Positions 36,288-47,326 of a stretch of 64,000 nt of DNA are shown here, in pieces. Every line of letters starts with the position of its first letter. Position 1 is the first letter of the stretch. The position numbers were made by a program, and so were the translations under genes. The stretch covers positions 62,001 to 126,000 of the forward strand of contig BAAIJX010000021.1 in assembly GCA_054600435.1 (NCBI GenBank), read 5' to 3'. The DNA comes from Neophaeotheca triangularis. Taxonomy: Eukaryota. The notes beneath the pieces are model-generated. The model was given only the letters and a program-made list of their open reading frames with translations. It was not told the origin of the DNA and made no database searches.

Positions 36288-37493
36288 ATGCAGTACTCCA
36301 TTGCTCTCCTCGGCCTTGCCGCCGCCGCCATCGCTTCCCCCACTCCCCAGGAGGACACCAACGCTGTTGTCGAGGACGTCTCCCCTGATGCCTCCGCCCC
36401 CCAGGGCTGCGAGACCAGCTACGACGGTACCTTCCAGATCCAGGTTGTCAACGTCTCCTCCACGAGCACCACTCGCAGCTTGACCAAGGTATGGAACAAT
36501 CGGATCGATCTGATCGATTGATCTCTGTGAAAATGGACAAGAACGTGGGTTGACACATCACAACAGAGGCAGCAGACTTCCGATGAGGAGGCTACCCTTC
36601 TTCTCACCCTGAACGACGGTGTCCTCAAGGACGACGAGGACCGCACTGGTTACATTGCTGCCAACAGGCAGTTCCAGTTCGACGGTCCTCCTCAGGAGGG
36701 TGCCATCTACACTGCTGGTTGGTCTGTGTGCGGCAACGGTTCCCTCGCCCTTGGCGACGACGCCGTCTTCTACCAGTGCCTGAGCGGTGGCTTCTACAAC
36801 CTCTACGACCAGGCCCAGGCTGCCCAGTGCTCTCAGGTCTACATCAACGTCGTTGGTGAGGACGAGGCGGCTCCTGTTGCCAGCCAGGCCGCTGACGGTA
36901 AAACGCCTCCAACGACACTGTTGCCTGACGATAACCTTTACTGACACTTATCTAGGCCAAGTCACCGAGACTCCCATTTCGTCTGCTGCACCGGTCACTC
37001 AGATTGCTGATGGACAGGCAAGTCTTGACACTAATCTTGCCACACCATTGACAAATGCTAACCCCCCACAAGATCCAAGCCTCGACGTCCGTTGTTGCGA
37101 TTGAGACCTCCAGCGTCCGCCCGGTCTCGCAGATCCCCGACGGGTATGTCGAATGCATCATCTATGAACCTTCTACTGTTCATTTACTGACTACATAAAG
37201 GCAAATTCAAGCAACGACGGGCGTTCAGGAGGTACCGGTCCTTTCCACCTCCGTTGTAACCAGCGCTGCCACCAACGTGGTCAGCCAAATTGTAAGCATT
37301 ATTTTCCCAGCATATTTGAAGCCGGTATCTAACTCTATCGCAGCCTGATGGCCAGGTACAAGCGCCTGTCCGAAACACGACCAACGCTACCATGCCCGTG
37401 ACGCCATTCGAAGGTGCTGCTTCCTCCAACAACATCGTTGCTGGCTCTTTCGTCGCCGCCGTTTTCGGCCTCGTCACAATTTTCGCCCTCTAA
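36288..37493 (+). CDS. PIR-family cell wall mannoprotein with probable GPI signal
   Basis: Signal peptide; Kex2-like KR formed across intron 1; Cys domain [16 protein letters not shown]...WSVC...FYQC...QC; four (S/T)QxxDGQ repeats; hydrophobic C-terminus. Introns 36489..36566, 36898..36955, 37018..37072 (GC-AG), 37144..37200, 37292..37343. Confidence 0.92.
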
Positions 37494-38899
37494 GTCATCT
37501 GATGAGGGGTTTTCTTGCCGCGATCGGGTGGCTGCCGTTTTCTCAGCCCGAAGCAGACAGCGCCTGAAGAGCACTACGTTGACTTGACGCGATTCATGTG
37601 CATACGACACTCTCTCAATTGGATTAATGGGAACTGGAGATGGGTAATTATAAGGAAGGATGTGTTACGGGCATTTTGATGGGTGGAGCTTGGTGTTGTT
37701 GCGGCGTTCACTCGTTGAAGTAGAAACGCTTCGGCATGTCAATCGCTACAGCGGCATCAAGCAAGGAACGTTTAGGAGAAATGAACAGGTTGTAACTCGT
37801 TGGACACTATTGCATCTCTGTTTTGCTGCGTTGCATACCATGGAGACGGCAGTCTAGCATGGCGGCAAACCTTCACTGCTGATAGTCTAATTAATATTCA
37901 TTATTACCACTTTACATAACAGCACAATGTTCACCTTCTACTTCAGTCAATGCATTTCCTGCCTTCACAACTCTCGGGACGCTCGCTTCAAACATCAAAT
38001 CAACCAACACCTGGCATTCCAATCCGATATTTTATGTCAGATCGCCCTGCCCTATCACCCAGCTTGCGCGGCCATCTAAAATGGGAGCAGTCGGTCGCCT
38101 AATGTGTACATACCTTACATCTGATGTGATAGCGCGGGTAACAAAAAGGCTGACGCACGCAGGGCACCCACACCGCAACCTTGCCACGCGGACTGAGGGC
38201 CCAGTCCATCCAGCCATTCATTCCCATGAATCGACCGACCCCCCAACGGACATCCTTCCCATCCACTGCTTGAGTACGTACACTCTTTAACCCATGGATT
38301 CTCCATCAATAATAATAAGTCACTCGATACCGATCGTACGCTGCGCGGTATGCATGCATGCAAGTAAGTAAGTAAGCACAGTACACACACGCACATGCAA
38401 TCGTCGAACGTCGAGAAACAAAAAAGAGGGGTCGAGTCACACCACTCACTCACTCACTCCCTTGAGCCGCCGTCACCCAAGGTTGCGCAAAGATCGCGGC
38501 GTCTGCACGATCGCGAGTACGTATCGCGGTTGTTGTACGAGAACACCGCATGGCGCAGGACGAGGCTTGATGCATCGTCACCCATCCTGCGGCTTATCGC
38601 TTACGCACGTGGAGCTTTGCTGGGAAGTGGATGGTTTTTCTATCTTTTGTTCTTGTTCTTGTTGTTGTTCTCTGTCTCGCAAGGCCCAGCTGTTCTTCGC
38701 TGACCTTTACCTGGGACACATTGGGGTGTTTGCTGCAGAGAGTCGGTGGGTGGACCTTGGGGGGAGGTCGCAAATGACGGTGGCGAAGGGCAAGGTACAC
38801 GATTCGACGCTGCCAAGAGTGTGAAAGGCGCTTAGGCACTGGTGGTGGCTTGAGAGACTGAGTTGAGAAGGGTGCTTTTCATATTTGGATATATACGTT

Positions 38900-40300
38900 G
38901 CACTAACTGTTGCACTTTTGTTGCCGGCGGCGCTGCGGATTTCTCAAAGGAAAGTCTGCGAAGCCGGTGATGAAGCAAGTCCTCCTATTCTCGTCACTGG
39001 GAAGTACCTCCTATGAGGAAGCCAGGGCAACAGGCGCCCGGAAGCGATGCAGAATAGACGTGTCTTCCTTCGAACACCCGTCGTATGTGATGAGGTGTTT
39101 CTCAACATCGTTGAATGGAAAAGCCTCGTCGCACGCTGAGAAGGAGCATTGAAGACGTTGTGACTGTACTCGTTGATTATTCATTGATGTTGGCTCCAAT
39201 ATAACGCAACGTACACCAAGGCACCACCCGTTCCTGCAAAGGTAGCTACTATCGACCATTTGTTGACCAGGGCCACGGCCATTATACGCAACAATCGCTT
39301 GCCGTTCTTGGAAGCTCAACCGACCCAGAGAGAATAGAATTCTGGAACACATACGAGCAGGACATGCCCCGGCGTCAAAAGACTCTTGTTGACATCGAAG
39401 AGGTTTTTGGTGAACGGCGCGGATAGCAGCTTCGGTTCAATCGCTCGCAACGTTAACCGCGCTTTGTAGGCCGCGAGGGCCCGGAAGTTCGTATTAAAGA
39501 AGCATTTCAACCTCGCTCGAGCACATGCGGCTGAAACTAGATCCGCATAGACAGAGCGTCCACTCGCTGGCTTCATCGCCCAGGTTTCAAAGCCCGGGTT
39601 CCACAGCCCGGCGCTTCTCGTAAATGATATGCCAGACGATGGCAGGGGCATCATGGTGTCCAGCCCGGCGCCAGAGCATTGGAGCCGATGCGGTCATTTG
39701 TTTTTGCGACAACTAGCAGCCGAGAAAGATACGTCTTGAGAACTCAGAATACCAGTCCATTGCCCTCGGCGTTGCAGTGACGCCGCAAAGAAATTCGCAA
39801 TCTTTGTTTCAGAGCCGGTCCAGTTGGTCGAGAAGCCAAGCAATGTGGCCACCCTAGCCCTTCGCCGGAAGCAAGATTTCAAGAGTGCTTGTGACACCGA
39901 CTCTAGTGCCCACTGCTTAGTTTCTGCCTGGGTTGTTTCTTCAAGTTTCATCTCGATGATCTCCACTCTGCCTTCTTGACCTTGCTAGATGTATCAGCTC
40001 TGGAGACAGGCCTCTCCCCCCTAGGGTCTGGTATCACTTTCTCGGGATCTGTAGATTCCTTCGCCGTGGTGCAATGTTCGCGGGTAGCAGGTCTCGAATT
40101 CAGGACCAAGAGTTTCGCGAGATCTGCGTTCATTTGTAATAGCTTCATAGACGGTCTGGGCGTTAGAGCAGAGAAGCTCACGGCTTGGGCATCAGAGGGG
40201 TAGTAGTCAACGGCTTTAGCGTTCAAGCATTTGTCGGGCGGAAGACTTTATAAAACCTGCAAGGGTCATCCGCCTATCTTTGAGTTTACAGCGGGCGGTC
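38900..40300 (-). pseudogene. Decayed ORF relic with His-Cys-box-like (homing endonuclease zinc-binding loop) and C2H2-like motifs
   Basis: Chain of four closely spaced or overlapping minus-strand ORFs broken by stops or frame changes. The last contains SSYLCRNGWCLGVRCVILEPTSMNNQR and CSFSACDEAFPFNDVEKHLITY. Confidence 0.4.
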
Positions 40301-40599
40301 GCATCAAAGCCGGTACTTTTTATTGCTCAGGCGGGCTTGCGTCGGGGGCCACGGTTTTTCTTGATTGCTTCCGGTCGTGACTTCCTCGTCTTCCGTAGGG
40401 CTGAAACCAACGATGCGATGTATACTTCTCCGGCTAATGGCGGAGATGTAGGAGATGTAAGGTATACCTTTCACACATCTTGTGTAATCGCAAGTTGAAA
40501 GCCCAGATCGCAGGTGGTAGTGAGCTTTAGCCAAACTCTCGCCCCTAGGCTCGCGTGTAACAAAGCGCAGAGTTCCATGATTGGCAGCCGGATAGCCCT

Positions 40600-41196
40600 T
40601 CAAGTGGAAGAAGACTGTTTGTCGCCGAACCTCATCCGACAAAGCATCACAAACTCCCTCATGCCCTCAGCCATTTCAGATTCGTCGTCCTCGCTACGAG
40701 CTTTCTTGATGATGCTCAAAGCTTCCTTGTCACCTTTCTCCCGCGACCACGCACCATACTGCCTGTCCTCGTCGGATTGACCGTGACCATGACCTCTTCC
40801 AAAGTTCCCACGCCCCCTGCCTCGCCCGCGGTTAGTGGGACCTGGTGGAAGGTTGTACGGATGTCTAGTCCAGGTACGGGCATCGTCCGGTCCAGGTTCA
40901 ACAGTCATGGCGTATGTAGCTTGTAGCTGGTACTTGAGCATGGGATAGCGGGTCAAGAGCCTCAAGAAGTCTGGGTCGTTCTCAAACCCCGAGAAATCCT
41001 TTTTTGGTTGCCTTTGGCTTCCCGTTGAGTTTGGTGTCGATTCGGATAGTTGCAAGGCCGGTGCAGAGGTTTGAACTTCTTCCTCGTGGCTGGCCTTGTG
41101 CGGTTTGTAGCATAGTAGGGAGCAGTATCGCAATCCGCATTTTGGGCATTTGTACTTGGAGTCGTTGGTGTAGCAGATTTCACATGCAGGCGCCAT
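40600..41196 (-). CDS. HIT-type zinc finger protein (Hit1/ZNHIT3-like, snoRNP assembly)
   Basis: N-terminal CEIC...KYKCPKCGLRYCSLLCYKPHK; Arg/Gly-rich patch. Confidence 0.85.
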   Translation of the reverse strand: MAPACEICYTNDSKYKCPKCGLRYCSLLCYKPHKASHEEEVQTSAPALQLSESTPNSTGSQRQPKKDFSGFENDPDFLRLLTRYPMLKYQLQATYAMTVEPGPDDARTWTRHPYNLPPGPTNRGRGRGRGNFGRGHGHGQSDEDRQYGAWSREKGDKEALSIIKKARSEDDESEMAEGMREFVMLCRMRFGDKQSSST

Positions 41197-41473
41197 GACC
41201 GCAGAGTTGTGTGAGGCGATTCGTACCTACCTAAGGTAGTGCGTACGCGTATCTACGGCCAGCGTGTAGTAAGATTACCACAAAGTATTGAAGGTGTAAG
41301 GTATGCATAGTTTGTTCGGGAGCAATGAGGAAGAAGGAAGGGGTGGGTAAGGTTTGTCAGTTCTAGAAAGCAGGGACCGCCAAGCAATTTGCGAGCATCA
41401 TGCACCTCGGAGGCATGCATGAGGTGCAAGGTGAGGGCGAAGCTCTACTACAACATATCTCGACATCTACATC

Positions 41474-42391
41474 ATGAACCCCCCGAGATACAGAAACTTG
41501 CTTGAGCTGGCGACCAGGCGAACGCAATGGAGGTGCTCAACATGTACGCGCAAAACCACGCCAACGCCGTCCTTTCAGAGTTGGCAGCCCGCCAGGCGCC
41601 TGCAGACGACATCGAAGCCAGGACAGTCCAGTGCATCCATGGCGCATGAGCAATTGAGGAAGCCCTCTAGCATCAAGAACCAGAACACGATGTAGGTTGG
41701 AAGGGACTACTTTGCAGGACCATCCCCGCCCACCTACTAACATACTCAAAAGGTACTACGTCCTCTCCATCATCCTTGGCACCGTCGCTCTCTCTTACGG
41801 CTCAGTCCCCTTGTACAAGACAATATGTCAGCAAACCGGCTGGGGAGGGCAACCGATCAAATCCGCCGCACACGCCTCTCCAGACGGTGAGGACGACGTC
41901 GCAGCCAAATTGACGCCCGTAACCAGCTCACGGCGATTAAGGATCACCTTCGCAGGCTCTACCTCGGACGTCTTGCCCTGGAAATTCTCGCCCCAGCAGC
42001 GAGAAGTACGAGTGCTGCCCGGCGAGACCGCTTTGGCGTTCTACACTGCCACCAACAAGAGCAAGGAGGAGGACATCATCGGCGTGGCAACATACAGTGT
42101 GACACCTGCGCAGGTCGCGCCGTACTTTAGCAAGATACAATGTTTCTGTTTCGAAGAGCAGAGGCTGAACAAGGGCGAGACGGTCGACATGCCCGTCTTC
42201 TTCTACATCGACCCGGAGTTTTTGAAGGACCCGAATATGAAGGGGATTGACACCATCACTCTGAACTACACGTTCTTTAGTACGTCTCGACCAGCACAAC
42301 AGCATATTGCCCCTTTCAGCTACTGACAAGTACAACAGAAGCAAAGTATGATAAGAACGGTCATCTGTCTCCCATGCCAGTCTCACGATAG
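41474..42391 (+). CDS. COX11: Cytochrome c oxidase copper chaperone
   Basis: Presequence, TM YGSVPLYKTICQQTGWGG, KIQCFCFEEQ motif; introns 41692..41752 and 42280..42338. Confidence 0.96.
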
Positions 42392-43456
42392 TCTGGGCAT
42401 TTATGCCAAATGACATTGCATCTGACCCCCTCTCACCCTGGCTGATCCAATAGCACTGCCGGGCTTTGCAGGATGGTTTTCTGAACATTCAGTCTCGGTC
42501 GCACCAAGCTGTGCACAAAGTTCCGAAATTGGACGTTGTCTTTTCACACTTTGAAAGGGAAACATCTTGACTTTGAGACGAGGGTGGACTGGTCGAGTCC
42601 TGGAGAAGTCGAGCCGGGAGCGGATCCAAACACGTTCGAGGTCAGAGTGCTACCTTCCGATCATCGGACCCGTTTTGGGGAAAATGACCACTGGAGCAAA
42701 CAGTGGCACGCCAACCTTCTCGAGCAGGCTAATGCGCAGGCGGAGAGCCCCAGAGATAAAGCGCCTCGATGCTGTAGTAACATCCTTGTACATTTACAGA
42801 CCATGTCGCCGAAGGCGCCCCCAATTTCTGAGCGGCAGCCAGGAGCACGGCCGGAGATATCAATGCGGCGAGTAGCTAGCTAGCTAGCTCTTGAAGAACT
42901 CTAAGCAGTGCATACAGTATGTGGAAGACGACTTCCCGTTTCCAGATCGCAAACACCTTGAAAACCCCCCCATCTTGACCAGTAAGACGCCGCTCAAAGC
43001 GCGACTCGCTGCATAAATTCCCGATTCAATCACATGGTGCTTCCAAGAGGCAAAAAGGCCACGGGCCTAAAGACCCTCCTCCATTCCCACGTTCCTCCAC
43101 CAAGGCTTCTCGCCTGACATATTCTGACCCTCCTCATCACCACCAGTAGTATCCGGCCGGTTAACCACACTTTCCACATCCCCCACCATTCGCCTAGCGC
43201 TGATTTCTCTCGCGCCCTCATCTCCCCCTTTTAGCCTCATACCCCTCCTCATCATGGTAAGCGCCGGATAACGCTCCGTTTGCTGCCGACTCTGACCAGG
43301 CCGCGTCAATCCCTGAGATGAAGGCGAGTTGGCCGTCGCGCCGCTGCCGCCGCCGACGCCCGCGTCCGGGTAACGGGAATCGTGAAATAGGTGCGTTGGG
43401 ATCTGGCGGCGTTGCGTCGCGGCTGCGAGCCATTCATCTCTCATGACTGGTCGTTG

Positions 43457-45162
43457 TCATTGCAGCGGTTCAGAGGACGAGGACAGTCGATTGAGGTGGA
43501 GGTAGACGTCCGTGCCGTAGCTGTGTGGTTTGCTGTGTCAGTCTTTGCTATTCTCGCAGCTCAGTGCGGGACTTTGCGTTTCTTACCCTTCCATGCTAAT
43601 CAGTTTCAGATCACCGCCGAAGTATCTGGCGTAGAGTCTTGAGATGGGTAGACCGTAGCCAAACCCAGCCATTGGCGCTTTGAAGTCGCTCTTGTTGAAG
43701 TCCGGGTCCAGGTTCGGTGTCTGATCGACCGTCGTGTACATGTACGTCCAAACAAGAGGAATGGCACTTCTCCTAATGCCACCCCCCTCATCGCTGACTT
43801 TGATGGTAATATCCTCTTTGCCCTCGCTGACAATAACTTGCGTAACGGGGAAATCTTCCTTGTCCTGTCCGTGTGTCTCGACAACAGCTCGCAGCGAATT
43901 CTTGAGCGTCTCGAAAAGCATGTGTGACAAATGTCCGGGCACGTACATGAAGTTGAGATCCGGGGGGCAGACAAGGCGGACTTTGGGAGCGTCGAACAAG
44001 CCATAGTGGTCCTCGCAAACGAAGCGTGCATTCTCAATCGCCTCCTGAGCTAGATCACGCACGTTGGTTTTGGTACAGATGATTCCCACGTAGTTTGGGT
44101 CCGAATGCGTTCTCTGGTCCGTCAGAGCAATGTGTTGGCCTATAAGCATACGAATGCCAATTCGGGACATGTAAAATCTGTCGAGAAATTGCTGTATATT
44201 GTGGTCGATTTGCAGGCGCTGTCGTTTCCGCTTGTACTCCAGAATACCCTGCGCTACCGTGGTGACAACGCTGTCGTGCCTCCGTTTGATCCTTTCCAAA
44301 GTGTTCTTGAATCGAATGTTGTAGTCGTTGAGCTCCGGCGGCCAGTTGTTCCCATCGTCTGCAGCGCTGAAGTATCGACGGAGATTGGTACCCTTTTTCT
44401 CAGGGCCGCCATTGCCGTTGCCATTCCCATTCTCTTTGCCCGGAGGCTGTGATCTATACTGGCCTTTGGCGACACTAGGGTTATTCGACGTCTCGCTCAG
44501 TATCCTCGATGTCTTTCCGTTGGTTCTAGCGGGCTTCATCAAGCGCTCCTTGACCTCTTCGGACAGAGTCGGCTTCGACAGTTCCGTGATTTCCTGGCGT
44601 GATGCGTGTGAGTTACTCAGATGCGATTGGCAATAGGATAGTGATCACCACCCACCTGAAACGACTGAGCGTACCAATCCTTGACCCTATTGATGCTGGG
44701 CATCTCGTTCAAGCCATCGGGGAGATCGTCCAACTCTTCAACGCGGTGTGCGAGTCGTATGGGCAGTTCCTCGCTGAGAAACTGTGATGCGCGGAACAGG
44801 GTGCCAGTGGACTGCGAGCTATGGGGTTAACGAGGGACTTGGGGGACGCTGTTGCCGAAGGAAACCATACAGGGTTGCTCCCAACTGCTGGCAGGTGATT
44901 AGCGATCACACTCGCATGCTCAAGTAGAACACACACAGAGGGCTACTTACACTGCACCATCTGCCTCAAGCTCACACCAGTCGCCTGGCTTGGGGTCAGT
45001 CATGGCCAGGATGCGCCGTGGGGGTCGAATCAGGTACGCACTGGGAACTTGCTGTAATGCGATATCTGATTCATGAGCTCAGCGCTCCTCTTCCCTGCGA
45101 CAGGGTCAGCACAGCCTTCTCATTGCAGTTGTCTTTTTGCGCCGGTACTACTCACACGACAT
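43457..45162 (-). CDS. Mitochondrial pyruvate dehydrogenase kinase (PDK/Pkp family)
   Basis: Seven exons (45156..45162, 45042..45094, 44951..44984, 44871..44884, 44656..44811, 43587..44593, 43457..43520) give MSWKRS...ELPIRLAHRV...ETLKNSLRA, VSDEGGG, MAGFGYGLPISRLYARYFGG, ending SSEPLQ. Confidence 0.95.
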
Positions 45163-46020
45163 GGTGGGCGACAGTGACGGGCCTTTCGGCCACTTCTCGA
45201 CGGCGTTACGGAGCCAATGCGGAAGAAGAATGCAAGTTTAGGATAGAGGGCATAGCAATACCGCCGAGTGGGTGGGTGAGAAGGACGAGCGGGCAATATC
45301 AAGACATTTCAATGATAGAGCGACGACAATAGAGGAGGAGTAGTATGTAAGGTCCTCGAGACTCTCAGACTCACACTACTCACACATGCTTCTCGGCCTG
45401 ATGGAGCACAACAGCCAAAGTTTCCCCATACTTACCATAACTTACCCCATCCCCGCGGCCAAATCTGACGTCGCTTTGATCACCACCTGCAAGTCTACCA
45501 GTCACATGCCGAGGCCTCCCGTCTCTCTGTAAATGCAAATGCAAGTGCCCGGAATCTTTAGGAATCGAATACTATTACTGCTTGCAGTGCATATCATGAG
45601 TGCTCGGGCAATTGCGGACGCTCAAACCATACACACACAATACAGTCGATGTACCTAGGCATGCAGCTCAGGTGCATACATAACTAGGTAATTTCGATCA
45701 AAGGCCGGCGGCTTCAGCTTCGACCTTGTCGTTTGCTTCAAGAAGCTCCAAATGTCTTAGATTGGTGTTTGCTAGGAGATTGGGTTGTTGAGCGTTTGAC
45801 GAAGCCATCATCCACGGCCAATATCCTATTGTCCATCTTCCGCTAATATGACAGTATAATACAATTATGCACCTCCGCTCTCATCTATACAGTAGCCACT
45901 CGTGGCGATGCCTCCAATGCTCGTTGAAAGGGGAGATGATATACAATAGTCGCCATGCATTCGACGACCCGTTCATGGCAGTCAATGGTGTATAAAGATT
46001 CCAGAATCCTAGCGTTCGAT

Positions 46021-46895
46021 CTACGAGTTCTTGACAACGCCGACCTTGGCAGCCTGGTGGTTTTAAGATTAGCAATAGTTCATTTCACAGTCGCAAGTCA
46101 TCTACTCACCCTCAATATCCTCCCGTTCAGCGAGAATCCCTTCTGCTGCGTGTGGAAAACGGTCCCATCCTCCTTGTCCGGCTGCGGTACCTGGAAAGTG
46201 GCCTCGTGCTTGTTGGGGTCGAATCGGTCGCCCGCTTCGCTAGGGTCGAACCTCTCCATGCCGTGCTTGGCCAGCGTCTGCATCAGAATCTTCTCCGTCA
46301 TGGTAAGACCGCTGTGCAAGCTCATCAATTCCTTGTTCTCCTCCGTCAGCTTCTCCTGAGGCACTGTGCCGAGCGCGCGGTCGAGGTTGTCGATCGAGTC
46401 GATGAGGTCTTTGGCAAACTTTTGGAGAGCAAAGTCCTTTGCGGCTTGCACCTCGCGCTTGGTTTGGTGTTGCAGGTTGGCGAAGTCGGCTACGGAGCGT
46501 TTTAATCGGTCCTGGGGCAATTGGTATTAGCTACCTCCGTCATTCGTCAAAGGCGCCTGCGCGTCTGCTTCAGTGGCATAGTGGCATACCGTGAGGTCAA
46601 TGACTTCGGCATTCTTCTTCTCAAGCTTCTTTGCATCTTCTGATACGGCAGCCTCCTCTTTAGCTTCGCCCCCTTTTGTCCCGGCGCTTTCACCCTCCTT
46701 TGCGGCTTCTTCCTGTTTTGCGCCGGCGTCGGAGTACCATCGTCGACCTTGCACAGCTGATCGTGCTCCCGCTGATACTACTCGGGAGGTCTTCGAATAT
46801 GCGCCAGCGAAGCCTCTGCTGTTCCGCAGGCACTGTTGTGTCGGCTGAGATGATGCGAAGCTCTGCAGAGCGCGGGCGAATTGCGGTTGGACCAT
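46021..46895 (-). CDS. MGE1: Mitochondrial GrpE nucleotide exchange factor
   Basis: Presequence; RSVADFANLQ, FAKDLIDSIDNLDRAL, FDPNKHEA, GRILR|AAKVGV; introns 46512..46589 and 46054..46109. Confidence 0.96.
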
Positions 46896-47326
46896 TTTGT
46901 TGTACGTAGGATTTAATTTAGAGGTTCTGATGGTGGTCGTGAAACGGGAAGATGTATAAGATGGAGACTCGCAATGGTTTTGGTGTACACAGAGGCAAAG
47001 GGCGTGACTTGAGGTCTGCCAAAAAGTTCAAAGATGACGGAGGAGACTCGGAGCTCGGTTTCGGACTGACTGCTCGCGTGCTCTTTGCCACCTCGAAGCC
47101 ACTCAACTACAAGTACATACATACATATACATGATCAAATATACGATTTCAAGGAAGACCGTCGCCATCCATGGACTTATTATCCATGGTACTTGTACAA
47201 TTACAATGCTTTTCTAAACTAATCACTATGGGTATCTCATACAAAGCAGATGCACACATCATCTGTAGAAAATCAGTCTTGCGACTCTACACAACACCTC
47301 CCATGACGCCCGCCACCAGATGGTGA

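Noticed and set aside
41474..46895. COX11, PDK and MGE1 as a co-regulated mitochondrial cluster
   Set aside because: Different pathways and no shared upstream motif found; adjacency alone is not evidence.
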